Positions 49,357 through 61,736 of a stretch of DNA of 64,000 nt are shown here, piece after piece. The translations under genes were made by a program, and so were the position numbers. The notes below the pieces were generated by a model. It had not been told where the DNA came from. It did no database searches and saw nothing but the letters and a program-made list of their open reading frames with translations. Source of the DNA: Lepidodermella squamata (taxonomy: Eukaryota > Animalia > Gastrotricha); NCBI GenBank assembly GCA_047495785.1, contig JBLDXI010000074.1, positions 186,001 to 250,000 of the forward strand. The letters are read 5' to 3'. The first letter of the stretch is position 1. The number at the start of each line of letters is the position of its first letter.

Positions 49357-51567
49357 ATATATGGAGACTTTCAACTTTGTCTAATTTTTTGATGATTGCA
49401 AAATAAATTGGAATTAAATTTAAGTAAACAGGTTTCCAAGCTATTTTTTAGTTTCATATTCGTTAGGAATTTTTATACTCAACTTACTACTTCGATTGAG
49501 TATATATACTCATATTTGGTAAGTTTTTTGGGTTCTGTCTCAATCCAGGCCTTGTCAACCTTAGCTAATCTAACCATATCATAGCCACATTTTCAAATTT
49601 CCGAAATGCCACACTCCACTCAGTTTTCAATTAAATTTGATGAAACTTGGGGAAATTATACATTGAAACACGGGGAATCTTATGATATCAAACTCGTCCG
49701 TATCGGCTGCGCGACCGGGCCGCAAAAACGAAAACAAAAATCTTGCGTGGCTACTGACCCAGACCCCGTTGACTAGGCATGCCTCAATCGATGCCATCCG
49801 CTTTTGAAGAATTTTCGAGCTTCGAGAATTCGGTAAAGTGTGTTCGTTGAATTTCGTAGTAACAACTCATCAGAAAAAGAATGTTGTCATCTTGAGTTTT
49901 TACTCATAACAAATAGTTAGAAATCGGGCGCATCATGACTCATCATGACGACCAAAAGTAAAAATTTTGACTAGGTTTTACCAAGCCTGCTCAAAATAAT
50001 CAAGCATTCATGTAATACATTATATTGTAAATCAGGTGTTGCAATAGGAATTAGGAATCGAGGACAAGGATGAAATGATTGGTGTTTTAATGCACAATAG
50101 CAATCACAACTTTTAGTCGAATTCTTAACCCAATTTAGATGTCAATGCTGAACTCGGATTTGCGTATCGGGAAGAAATTATCATACTCGCGCTCGATAAA
50201 ATCTCTGATAGCCATCGGTACATCGGTTCCATTCGTTGTTCGACAAGCAAAGCTGAACTGAGGCATGTTTGATTTTAACCACCTGAAACGCGGGTGCTGT
50301 TGGAAATTTGGCAAGCCAAGTGCTTGGCGTAGATAGTTACATTCGTGCTGTGCCATGCAAAGCCCAATTCCAACTCTACCCCAGAAAAAAATAAAACTTG
50401 GCGATTCGCCCGCAAAAAGGTGAAATTCACTCGTAAAATTCAGGATTAGGAGTGTGGATAAAAATATTGCGAGACTAGTTGATCAGGCTACATGCGGTGA
50501 ATCCGCCGTGTCGCAATAAAATCTCTATCGCAGAAAGAATTGAAACATGCTAGGAAATCACCAAGCGTTTTTACCAACCATATATTTGCTCGGATCTGAT
50601 CCTAACGAAACTTTCAGGAAAGTTTTCCACATTCTTGGCTTATCAATTGCCATCGGGTTTTTAGGGTTTTTCTCCGATAAATTTTTAATTTCTCCGGTAA
50701 ATTGGCTGATAAAGATTCCCCCAATAGGTTTAATTTAAAAAACAAATAAGTTTAATTTCCAAAAAAACATTTCCCAAGTTATCAAACGCGCCCCGTTTTA
50801 TTTGTCTATTTTTGAAAATTGAGATAAGGAATATTCGAAACATTTTGCCTTGCTTGTTATGTGATCAGTTCAATTTACTGAACGCAAAAGTAATTGGTGC
50901 CAACTTGAATTAGAAAAAATTAGACACCATCTCACACGTTTATCAAAACAGAATTTCCGGCTAGCGAATGGCTTTTGGTAGAAAATATCGATAAGAGACA
51001 CGTTTTCGCACAGAGACTATTATTCCTTATCGAGCAGTTTGCAAAAAACCATCTAGTGAATCACGACGTCATGTGCGAAAATTGTGATTCATGCTACAAA
51101 AAATAGCTATCAAGCCCGTGCCATTAAATTAATTGCTGAAATTGGGAAGATTTTAATTTAAAAAAATTCCAGAAAATTAAAGCGAAGCCGGCCGGAAATG
51201 CGGATTAGATCCCTGATTAGCGTGTCACATCTCTCTTTTTTATTTTTCTATGTATCGGTTGCTCTCAATACGTTTTTATCGTTTCTGAATTATGACGCAT
51301 CAACGTATAGCTTTATATTGATCTCGTAAAATTCTAAAAAGCCTTTTTAGGGGCTTTATTATTATTATTCTAAAAAGCCTTTTTAGAATTTTACGAGATC
51401 AATAAAGCTACGTTGATGTTTCATGTTTCGAGGAATAAAGATTGCCATTTTATTTGTGTTTGCGATTTGTGATCACTATTTAGCAACTATCACCGCGATT
51501 CAAATCTTGAATCAATAAAATTTACAGCTTTTAAAAGCGGTTTTTACATTACCTGCTGCTTTGAATA

Positions 51568-52497
51568 GAGGACCCCGCCCTAATTTCGGCCACTTCCTAA
51601 ATTCGGCCGCTGCGTCCTAACTTCGGCCACCGGCCGAAATTTGGACACGAAGTACTGTGCAGCAGTTTTATTTGCACGCAATTCAAGAACTTTGCATTGT
51701 TGGGCCCATCTGTTTCATGATTTCTCAAGCACGTGATCGCAAAAAAGTAATTCTAAATGCGAGCAAGCGGGCTTATGTCGCTTCTCGAGTGCTCTGTTAC
51801 CGCTACTTTGCAGGTATAATTTACCTGAAACTGGCTCTTTAAAATGTACTCTTTCACCTAAATAAGCTCCAGCTAAATGCCAGCTTCATTTTGGTATAAA
51901 ATATTCTATCTAAAACCGCCCAGGTGAAGAGATCGAGAGGGCCAATTTTAGGGTTTTTGAGGGTTCGATTCCAAAAATTAGCAGTCAATAGGGGAATTGA
52001 ATTCGGGAAAACAAAATCGATGCTCTCGTTCTACAGGAGACAAGGGATTTTTTAGATATTTTTCCAGAATTTTAGAAAGTCAACCGCAGTTAGGCTATTA
52101 GGTAGAAAACAAGTTATCAAACTTGTACCTGTCAAAACAAGTTTGAGTTTCAGGCATCACGTCGTCAAGGAAAAGCTCACAGGTGAAGCAACAAAGTAGG
52201 CGGTTTTTATAGTCAGCTTTTTGAGACAAATCTAACGATGCCAAACTTATGGTATCAGTTTACCTGGATGAGGTGGCCGAAATTAGGGCACCCCGCTCCC
52301 TAATTCCGGCCGGGTGTCTGGGTGACTAAAAAATTAGCCATAAATCAAGGTAAAATCGTCCGGACTTGCGGAAAGCGGCATTCGATAGCCTAATAACGCC
52401 TCTTTAATTCTGTTTATGCCGAATATTTTCTGAAAATTTACCTGGCTGGCAAAGTCGGAAAAACCTGAAAAGCGGCCGAAATTAGGGCGGGGTCCTC
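51568..52497. mobile_element. Tc1/mariner-type non-autonomous element
   Basis: TA-gaggaccccgccctaatttcggcc ... ggccgaaattagggcggggtcctc-TA. The homologous empty site is visible upstream of 63572. Confidence 0.9.
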
Positions 52498-52559
52498 TAA
52501 TTTCTTTGGATTTATCTTCTAGAATTTATTTTCAAGCAATCTCAAGCGTTAGATTAGCC

Positions 52560-54257
52560 ATGAAATTTCAGTCCACTGTCATCTCTCGCGCCTGCGGCCT
52601 ACATGATAGCGTGGAAATAAACGGTTTCGAACTCACGGACCGTGTCATTACAGTCAAGTCTTTGATCGAAGCGGAAATAGGAATTCCGAAAGAATTGATC
52701 CAGCTTTACTATGGCAATGCAGAGCTACTCGATCCGAACCAGCGCCTCTGCGACATCGAAAAGAGCAAAGTTAAGGAAGAAGGTGTATGTGCTAGACTCC
52801 GCTTTGATACTAAAATCGTGATTCTTGCGATTTTGCCGAATTCCGAGTTCAAATTCCCTGATTTCAACGTCGTTGCATCGATGACGATTGCCGATTTGAA
52901 GAAATCAATTGCAGCAAAAGTGAGCATCAAGCCAAACCATCAGCTGTGTCTCTTTCGAGGCGACGATTTTTTCGACCAATTGGACGACCATCGTACGGTT
53001 GGTTATTACCAAAACGGAGAAAATCGCCTGACAATTTCTTCAAAAATTTTCGATGCCGAATTCTATGAAATTTCTATCCGCCTGCCGTCCAACAAATTAC
53101 TACCTATGCTTGTTCACAAAACAGACCAGGCAGAAAATGTGAAAGAGCGCATTTTCGATCATGTTGGAATTAGCATTCCAAATGCTTTGACTGCGATCGA
53201 TTTGGAGCTGAAAAAAGTATCAGTGGCTTTGAAGAACAAGGATTTCCTGGGCTATTACAATGTCGAACCCTACTGCGTGCTAACTGCTGCACTCAAAGAT
53301 TATAAGACTGTTGATATCACGTTCAAGCACCCGGATCTGCCAAAAATTTTCAAAATTCCAGATGTTCGAATTTCCGATAGAATTGGCGATTTGAAGGAAA
53401 AAATTGCAACTGCTACTTCGATGCCTATCACCTCGTATCGATTGCATTTCGAGTCTCCGAATGGCAAATGGCTCAATGATGACAGTCTCACTTTGTTCGA
53501 ATGTGGAATCCACAACCCGGCGACTCAAATTTACATCGCTGATAACAATGCTTTGATCATTTCTAGTGAAGATTTCGGCGATTTTTTGATCGAACCCGCC
53601 GATTTGAGCCTCAAAATTGCTGATTTGAAATCGAAAATTTCGGAATTGAAAGGCGTTCCAAGCCGTAATCAATTGCTTTTTCTGGACAAGCGACCGCTGG
53701 ACAATTTCCCTGGTACTTTGGCCGCTTTCGGTCAAATCGGTCGGATGACAATTATCAAGCTGAAAAAGTCGACTGAAAATAGCGCTGTCAAGATTTCAGC
53801 CGGGATCGGTCGGACTATTGCGAAGGTTCAAATTGACAGTTATGCTAGCGCGAAAGGGATAGAAAATGAATTGGCGAAGTATTTCCCGTTTTTCAGCGAT
53901 TTCGCGTGTTACGAATTCACGAAAAATCTGCCTATTTTTTCAGTTTCTGAGTCTGATGTTTGGAATAACACGCAGGTGAGGTTGGGGCCGAAACTGCAGA
54001 AACCCAGCCCGATGGACAAGGGTGACTACAAAATATTCGTCAAGAAGCCGACAGGGAAAACGCTGTCTTTCTACGTCAATTCTGGCGAGGTGATTTATTC
54101 GGTGAAGGAGAAAATTCAGGCTATTGACGGCATCCCGACTCATGAGCAGCGGTTGGTTTTCGGTGGTCAACAGCTGGAATCTAGCAAGACGGTGGATGAG
54201 TGTGGCATTGCCAACGAGAGTTGCATTCATTTGACTTTGAGACTGCGTGGCTGTTGA
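52560..54257 (+). CDS. Multi-UBL copy 9 (565 aa from ATG 52560, ends LRLRGC)
   Basis: IFVKKPTGKT..DGIPTHEQRLVFGGQQLE..IHLTLRLRGC. Confidence 0.93.
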   Translation: MKFQSTVISRACGLHDSVEINGFELTDRVITVKSLIEAEIGIPKELIQLYYGNAELLDPNQRLCDIEKSKVKEEGVCARLRFDTKIVILAILPNSEFKFPDFNVVASMTIADLKKSIAAKVSIKPNHQLCLFRGDDFFDQLDDHRTVGYYQNGENRLTISSKIFDAEFYEISIRLPSNKLLPMLVHKTDQAENVKERIFDHVGISIPNALTAIDLELKKVSVALKNKDFLGYYNVEPYCVLTAALKDYKTVDITFKHPDLPKIFKIPDVRISDRIGDLKEKIATATSMPITSYRLHFESPNGKWLNDDSLTLFECGIHNPATQIYIADNNALIISSEDFGDFLIEPADLSLKIADLKSKISELKGVPSRNQLLFLDKRPLDNFPGTLAAFGQIGRMTIIKLKKSTENSAVKISAGIGRTIAKVQIDSYASAKGIENELAKYFPFFSDFACYEFTKNLPIFSVSESDVWNNTQVRLGPKLQKPSPMDKGDYKIFVKKPTGKTLSFYVNSGEVIYSVKEKIQAIDGIPTHEQRLVFGGQQLESSKTVDECGIANESCIHLTLRLRGC

Positions 54258-55129
54258 GGAAAAGAACATTTCAAACGGTTTCCAAACATTTGTTTGAACC
54301 TGTTATTCGTGAGTAAACTTCAGTTTTCCGATATCGATTTACTTGCTAGCTACCGATTCTGAGTTCGAGATCCATTGAAAATTGAAAATATTGATGTTTA
54401 AAATCGAAATGCTGAAGCGTTTTCTATGTGAAAATCAGATTTTTTACTCTATAATATAAGAATCCAAGTTAGTATAATCGAACTGTAACTGTATAGTTTC
54501 GAATGGTGATTTGAAACATGCGATTGTACTGCAATCGCATGTTTCAAATCAGACGCTTACTACGTGGGCGAGCAGGAAAATTTCTAGTAGAAATTTTTTG
54601 AATATCACAAAAATGGGGTGAAAATTGGGCAGAGTTCCGGAGGAAAAAGTGCGCGACCGGTATCGAATCGGGCAGCATTCACCCCCATCGAACAGCACTT
54701 GGCCATGAGCTCGTGAAAATCGGGCAGAACTCGTCCAGAGATTCGCGAAAACTGAGCTTAAGATAATAGTCAAGTAATTCTCTTCTTTACGAAAAGAAAA
54801 TGAAATTTTCCGCTCGGAAACGAAGTAAATTACAATATAAAGAACACAGCTCTTTTCAATATTTACTCATGAGTCGAATAACACATACGCCGTAAAATTG
54901 TCTTTGCACTAACATATGAGTAAACCGATGAGTAGGTATGCTCAAATGGAGAATTAATCAAGAATTTTCTAACATTTGATCTCTAAAAGCGGCATTTTTT
55001 ATTTCAGACTCTACTGATCGAGATAACCGATTGCGACCCCGGCAACAACCCCGGTGATATTCCGTACCGCCTCGTTGCCGAAGGCTGTGCGCCGATCATC
55101 AAGCTGTCAGGAAGACGTGTCGCCGACTA

Positions 55130-55632
55130 CCGTCAAACGGGGAGACTTTGGCCAGTGGGGTGACATTGCCATAGGTTTTAGCGATCGAGTTTAGATCACG
55201 CACGATGCCATTTTCTCAGGCATGATACATATCAAGTAGGATGTCAATAGAAAGCCCTGATGGTGGAGAATTCAATTATATACGATATACGCTGTGGAAC
55301 AGTTTCAGCCGTATTCAACTTAATAACTGACGTGGAAGAGTGGCACAGTGACAAGAATTTTTCATTTTGATCACACCTGGTCGACTTTAGAGCCATCTAA
55401 ATTCTGCCGAAAACTCTTTTTTTTCGCTCAACTTTATCTGTGTTTAATTACCAGGTATTGTGAAGGGCTGAAGTATGTTCAAGGCATTCCAGCTGGTCTT
55501 TTCTTGGGCTTTCCAACGGTATCCCACTCAAGCGGTCTTTATCTTGATACCTCTGAGATATGGCTATGCGAAAGCCGCCCCATTTTTCCGTGGCAAAGTG
55601 ACCCCGACTGGCAAAGTCGCCCCGTTTGACTG
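55130..55632. mobile_element. Tc1/mariner (pogo-like) MITE
   Basis: TA-ccgtcaaacggggagactttg ... caaagtcgccccgtttgactg-TA; a related end occurs at about 57433. Confidence 0.8.
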
Positions 55633-55656
55633 TACGGAGCCAAGGGCAAAAACAAT

Positions 55657-55844
55657 CCAGACCGGCACAAAGACAGGGGAACAACGATGAACAATTTGAT
55701 GGGGTGATCAAAGGGGTGAAATCGATGTGTTCGCCGTTGTTCACCAAAATTACTTGAACATGTGAGGAGAACACATCGATTTCACCCCTTTGATCGCCCC
55801 ATCAAATTGTTCATCGTTGTTCCCCTGTCTTTGTGCCGGTCTGG
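55657..55844. repeat. 76-bp-arm hairpin with 36-nt loop
   Basis: 55657-55732 vs 55769-55844, one mismatch. Confidence 0.92.
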
Positions 55845-56850
55845 GAATCCTTGAGTGCACACCTGGTGGCAACAGCGCCAAGCAAATGCACTCGAGACCG
55901 GGCGAATGGGTGTTTAATAAGAAAGATGGTCGACCAGAGCGCGACGTGAAAAACGAGTAAAGCCACGTCGGGGCAGAGACTTTGATTTGATTTGAAATGA
56001 TTGATTTAAAAAGAGGTGTGATTTGTGAAGAAATCAAATCAAATCAAATCGAAGTCACTGCGTCGGTATCCGGTCGAACCGGCTGCGACGTAGTAGTCAC
56101 TGTCGGGTCATAACACGAACATCGGCATTAAATCAGGCAGTGCTTAGACTCTAGCGCATGGAATACGGGAAAGGGCACGACAGGCGCGCAGAGACTACGA
56201 GCCACAGATACGAATGGCGGCAGTACGAGAGTTCTCCCGGCGTATATGTCTTATAGAGAAGATATAAGTTCAAAAAAATTTATTAGCAAATAGAATTTCG
56301 TATTTCTCTAGTCAAGAGCGCGACAATTTTTACAGCAGATAATTTATTACTTGTATAATTAGGTAAACATTGAAAGGAGCCGTATGAATAGGGATGTGAC
56401 GTTGTTAACTTCGAGAAAGGGCTATGCGCGTAATTCTTATATCTCCTAACAGGAAGACAATTATAAGGTCAGAAATTGAGCAATTAAACAATGTAAATAG
56501 CTATGCTAACTGACTTGACTGCCAAGCAGACGGTAAAACGCACCTTGATCATTTCACATGAACAAAACATGAATTTCACGAGATCTATGACGCATGTTTA
56601 AACAGACGCAAACTTCGATTAGTTAGGCTTATAAAAGGGGCGAGAAACTGAAGCAATTTTCATAAATTCTAAAGCGTCTTTCTCCTACCCTCCAATTTAC
56701 CTATTATTGTAAAATGAACAATATATTGGTTGCAATGCTGCTAGTAGTGAGTTTCTTTTGAGGATAGGATTCAGTTGTGATGGAAAACTATATACTCAAC
56801 CCTCTTAGGTAGCAGTATCAGTATGGACCTCGAGCGCTAATCCAACTGGC

Positions 56851-57094
56851 TCTGCCCGTCTGGAACTGAGCCAGCCTTCTGCCCGTCTGGAACTGAACGA
56901 GCCTTCCGCCCGTCTGGAACTAAATGAACCTTCTGCCCGTCTGGAACTGAACCAGCCTTCTGCCCGTCTGGAACTGAACCAGCCTTCCGCCCGTCTGGAA
57001 CTAAATGAGCCTTCTGCCCGTCTGGAACTGAGCCAGCCTTCTGCCCGTCTGGAACTAAATGAACCTTCTGCCCGTCTGGAACTGAACGAACCTT
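56851..57094. repeat. Minisatellite, 9 x 27 bp
   Basis: Core ccttcYgcccgtctggaact plus 7 variable nt. Confidence 0.95.
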
Positions 57095-60032
57095 GAGGAC
57101 GAAGAGCTTGAGGAATATGTGAGAACAATATCGGCGCGTGAAATAACTATGCAATATAACTATGGAAATAGATATGTATTCATGCTTTTACTTACCAGAA
57201 CGCCGTTTATAGTACCACGTTATCAGTCGCTCTCCAATCAATTATTGAATTGCACTCCAAATATAGGACGTGTTTACGTCGGTATTCAATATCTAACGGT
57301 ACAACACTCGTAAATAGTTTACATCGTACTCGATTTACACATCTCCACTCGTCTTCAACTCGTTCCGATTCGTATATATTGGCCAGCATGGTTCAGATCC
57401 CAATAAAGTTTGCTGTGTGCGGCTTCAGAAATTACCGGAAAATGGGGTGACTTGGGCCAGCGGGGTGACGTTGGCATAGGCTTTTGCGATCAACTTTCAA
57501 TCAATAAAAGATTTGCAAATCAACAAGCTAACCCCCCTCAATATGGATGTCGGCGGAAAGCCAGTAGCAAGTAGAATCAGACAGTACAGTCAAAGTAACT
57601 ATCATGCTAGATGCTGATGGGGTGACTTTGGCCACCCAAATATCGAAACCGACAACGTAAAGACCCCATGAGTGGGCTAGCGTTGGATAGCAGATAAGCA
57701 GGTTCGAAAATGACGTTCGATTTTGATTTCGATCTCATGGATCCCTTTGGTTAGTCACCCAAACTCTACCGGAAATCAAATTCTTTTTCAATTTCCCCCT
57801 ACTGACTTTACCTGTCATTTTATACTCGGTAATGATTCGGATTGTAGTAAAATGTACACATCTAGGTCCGCCTTTCATTGGGTAATCCAGCGGTACTCAT
57901 GGGGTCTTGTGAGTGAGTGTCGCAATTTTGAGTGCCGTGCGGTGCGCACGTAAAATCCGAGCGGGTGTCTCAATAATCTGTGTTATATCGCAATACTAAT
58001 AGAGTACCGTAGCAATAAACTAAGCGAATGTCGCAGCTCGATATTATCACCTTATTATTACCTTGCTGAACAGGCAGGAGTCGGAGCAATTAATGCTGGC
58101 TGCATTACGTAACTCGTGGTCGGGTTGGGCTGAATCCAAATCGCATGTTTTGTTCAGAAGTGAAGCATTTATGCAGATTTATGGCACCCTCGAGCGATTT
58201 TAAATTTCCATCGTGACTTTCAGCAACGATGGCTCCCTAACGGTGGGGAAATGGCTCATGAGATTTTGTGAGCTTACTGGAATGGGTTCTGACTGTTCAT
58301 GGTCAAAATATGAGCCCGGAGAACCTCATGGTTATGGAATGACAAGCGTTTGAAAAAAGTGGAATTTTTTATGCAGATTTAGGCAACCTTACCATACTGG
58401 TAAATACCAATTTCGTTTATTAAATTTAGAAAATTTTAAATTAGATCTTTTGAACAAATTGAAATTTTACAAAAATTGACTTTAATCAATTAAAGTTTTT
58501 TATTTTTTTATTATTTAGCTATGTTACTCGCAAGGGCAAGGAGTGCGACTACACGTGTGCAGCGTTTTTGAAGGAACACGTGTCCAAGCATGCCCTGGCC
58601 ATGGCCTATCGTAATAAAGAAGTAAAGCCCGAGGCGGACGCAAAAATGTTCCAGTAAGTCGAGAAGCGCCGCAGGGCTAAGCCCAAAGCTCCCTATTCGG
58701 CCTTGAACAGACAACACACCGAGGCTCCAATCGAGGCCGGTAAGATGAGGTAAGATGCGATGAAGGTTCTGCCAATAGGTTTAATTTAAAAAATTAATTC
58801 AATTTCCAACAAAACATTGCTGAGTTAAATTATGGTTGCGCAAGTTATGAAACGCGCAGTAATATTTCTCAAAAAAACGCGCTTTTGCGAGGGTTTTTTT
58901 CAATTTTTCTCCGTAATTTTTGTTTTTGAAAGCTGGTGAATTTTGTGTCAAAATGTAGCTTCTTTTTCTATCCTCATCAAATTATCACGCTGGATGAAGG
59001 GATTTATTCAGCCGGAGACCAGCATGATTGATTGACAGGCCAAAATAATGATCATTTTTAGATGAAAAAATAACTAATCGCTTTGAAATTTTTGCTCAAC
59101 AAGAATCGCGCCCCGTTTTAATTTTCGATTTTTGAAAATATTGAAATCAGGAATGTTCGGAAAATTATGCGCTGCTTGTGACGTGGTCAGTTCTAAACGC
59201 AAAATTGGTGCGAGCCAAATCGGAGAACAAATTAGACGTCATCTCCGCGTGTGGTGTGTGGGCGCCGCAATCAGTAACAATAGAAAGTTCGGTCGTCACG
59301 CTGGTAGGTTTTGTTACTGTTAAGGTCGCTGACGTTCGCTCTTTCGTTTCCTTGTTTGCACTACGCTCGGCAGACCGTCATAACAGCAAATACCCAAAAC
59401 AGCAAACGCGACAAAACAGCAATTTTTCAACTTGTGACATAACAGCAGAAAGTCGATGCATCTTTTGCATAGTAAGTTTTCGCTGTTTTGTCGCAAAATA
59501 AAAAGTTTGCTGTTTTGTCGTATTTGCTGTTCTGCAAAGTTGCTGTTTGTCGCCTTACCCTACGCTCTCTGTATTAGATTTCGACTGCGCTATTCGACAA
59601 ATATTCCGCATTAATGTTCTAATCTATGGCTTTCATTTATAACCGAATAAGTATTGAAATTCAACGATTTCTGCTGTACCACGTGTAACCGCCGTTACGC
59701 AACGCGAAGCGAATGTAACGCCGTTCTCGAGAGTAACACGCGCATATTTATTACATCACAAGACGCCGATCGCCGTTCGTGAGACGGCCGCCGCCGTGAC
59801 CGGGTCACCGGACGCCATTTTGCTGCGTTTTCGCAAACGATCGGCGGCCGGGCTCTGTTCGTTGGCACGGTTTATATTAATTATTCACTCGCAACTTTCA
59901 CGTTTTCTATCACTCTTGATAGCGGAGTTCCACTAAGAACTCGCAATCTGTTTAACAATACCCTCAATATGATATTGAATTTTTCCCGTTTTTAGTTTTT
60001 ATTCAACCAATTTTATCTCTAATTAATTGACC

Positions 60033-61736
60033 ATGAAAGTAAGCGGGAGTTTTAACAGCCACGCCTACTACAGACTCAACTTCGAAATTGAGGGTTTTGA
60101 GATCACAGATAAATTGAGTACTATCAAATCTTTGATAGAAGCCCAGACAAAAGTTCCGCAAGATTTGTTCGACCTTTATTTCCGGTACGAAAAGTTACTT
60201 GACTTGAACCAGCGGCTGTGCGACATTCCCGAAATTCAACGCAGCAAAACTAAGGAAGCAGATTTTTGTGATGGGCTTGGCTTATCGGCTCAAATCGCAA
60301 TCCTTGCTATTTTACCGAGTCCAGAGTTCGAATTCCCGGATTTTGAAGTTTCAGCAACAACTTCAATCAGCGATTTGAAGAACAGGATCTCAGGAATTAT
60401 TGGAATTGAACAAGGAAATCAGCTGTGTCTTTTTCGAGGTGGCGATTTTTTCGATCAGTTGGACGAAAATCGTACGGTTGGCTTCTACAAAAATGCAAAT
60501 AACTCTCTTAAAATTTCGGCGAAAATTTTCGATGCTGAATTTTTCGAAATTGCCATCGAATTGCCTTCAAACAAATTGCTGGCTATGTTAGTCCACCGAA
60601 CGGACCAAGTCGAGAATGTCAAGGAACGGATTTTCGATCACGTCGGAATTCGGCTGCCGGATGCGATTGATAAAATTAAATTGCAATTGAAACATGGATC
60701 TGCGACTCTAAATGTTAGAGAATTTCTGGCCTGCCTCGACATCGAACCTAATTGCCTGATTACTGCTACCTTAGAAGAGTGTGAGCCTGTTGAATTCAGC
60801 TTCAAGCACCCGGATCTTCAAAAAATCTTCAAAATTCGGGATGTTAAGATTTCGGATAAAATTGGCGACTTGAAAAGGAAAATTGCGACTGCGACGTCGA
60901 TGCCTATCACCTCGTATCGATTGCATTTCGATTCTTCGAATGGCAAATGGCTCAACGATGACAATCTCTCTTTGTTTGAATGCGGAATTCACGACCCGTC
61001 GACTCAAATTTACATCGCTGATAACAATGCTTTGATCATTTCCAGTGAAGATTTCGGCGATTTTTTGATAAAACCAGCCGATTCCAGCCTCACTGTGGCT
61101 GATTTGAAGTCTAAAATCGAGGAAATTAAACGCGTTCCAAGCCGCGACCAATCGCTTTTTGTGGGCAAAGTTTCGATTGATGATCTTCCGGAATCTTTCG
61201 TTCGAATCAACCGAATGTCGATTATCACGCTGAAATTGAAGAAAAAATCATCTAACAATTTTCCTGTGAAGATTTCAGCTGGCGTCGGTCGAACTATTGC
61301 CAAGGTCAAACTCGACAGCAATGCCTCGGAGCAAGGCGTAAAAGATGGAATATCGAAATATTACCCTGCGGTCAACAATTTCAGTTGTTATCGTTTCGCG
61401 ACTAAACGGCTGATTTTCTCCGTTGAAGAGTCATATCTGAGGAATAACACGCAGGTTATGTTGGGGCCGAAACGTCCAAAGGCGAGTCCGATGAATAATG
61501 GTGAATACGTGATCTTCGTCAAGACGCTCACAGCGAAAACGTTGACGTTCTGCGTCGATTCTGGCGAGCTGATTTATTCGTTGAAGGAGAAAATTCTGGC
61601 TATTGACGGCATTCCGACGGAACAGCAGCGGTTGATACTTAGTGGTCGGCAGTTGGAACCTGATGCGACGGTGAAAGAAAGTGGAATTGTCAACGAAACT
61701 TGCCTGTTTTTAGTTCTGAGACTCCGTGGCTGCTGA
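60033..61736 (+). CDS. Multi-UBL copy 10 (567 aa from ATG 60033, ends LRLRGC)
   Basis: IFVKTLTAKT..DGIPTEQQRLILSGRQLE..LVLRLRGC. Confidence 0.93.
   Translation: MKVSGSFNSHAYYRLNFEIEGFEITDKLSTIKSLIEAQTKVPQDLFDLYFRYEKLLDLNQRLCDIPEIQRSKTKEADFCDGLGLSAQIAILAILPSPEFEFPDFEVSATTSISDLKNRISGIIGIEQGNQLCLFRGGDFFDQLDENRTVGFYKNANNSLKISAKIFDAEFFEIAIELPSNKLLAMLVHRTDQVENVKERIFDHVGIRLPDAIDKIKLQLKHGSATLNVREFLACLDIEPNCLITATLEECEPVEFSFKHPDLQKIFKIRDVKISDKIGDLKRKIATATSMPITSYRLHFDSSNGKWLNDDNLSLFECGIHDPSTQIYIADNNALIISSEDFGDFLIKPADSSLTVADLKSKIEEIKRVPSRDQSLFVGKVSIDDLPESFVRINRMSIITLKLKKKSSNNFPVKISAGVGRTIAKVKLDSNASEQGVKDGISKYYPAVNNFSCYRFATKRLIFSVEESYLRNNTQVMLGPKRPKASPMNNGEYVIFVKTLTAKTLTFCVDSGELIYSLKEKILAIDGIPTEQQRLILSGRQLEPDATVKESGIVNETCLFLVLRLRGC

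Larger units (their letters stand above)
43510..51396. repeat. Inverted duplication: 3511-bp arms 43510-47020 and 47886-51396, 865-bp spacer
   Basis: Mirror coordinates sum to 94906 at both ends and at the ORFs; at least one substitution (near 44248/50658). Confidence 0.95.

Noticed and set aside
56851-57094. CRISPR-like repeat/spacer pattern
   Set aside because: Variable parts are only 7 nt and recur; eukaryotic context; no cas genes.
58770-59240. Similarity to 50720-50935
   Set aside because: Looks like a degraded dispersed repeat; ends and class cannot be defined.
5497-61736. Calling the family polyubiquitin, ISG15, NEDD8 or MUB/UBL3
   Set aside because: No internal or terminal GG, units are highly divergent, and there is no CAAX box (Cys is the last residue).
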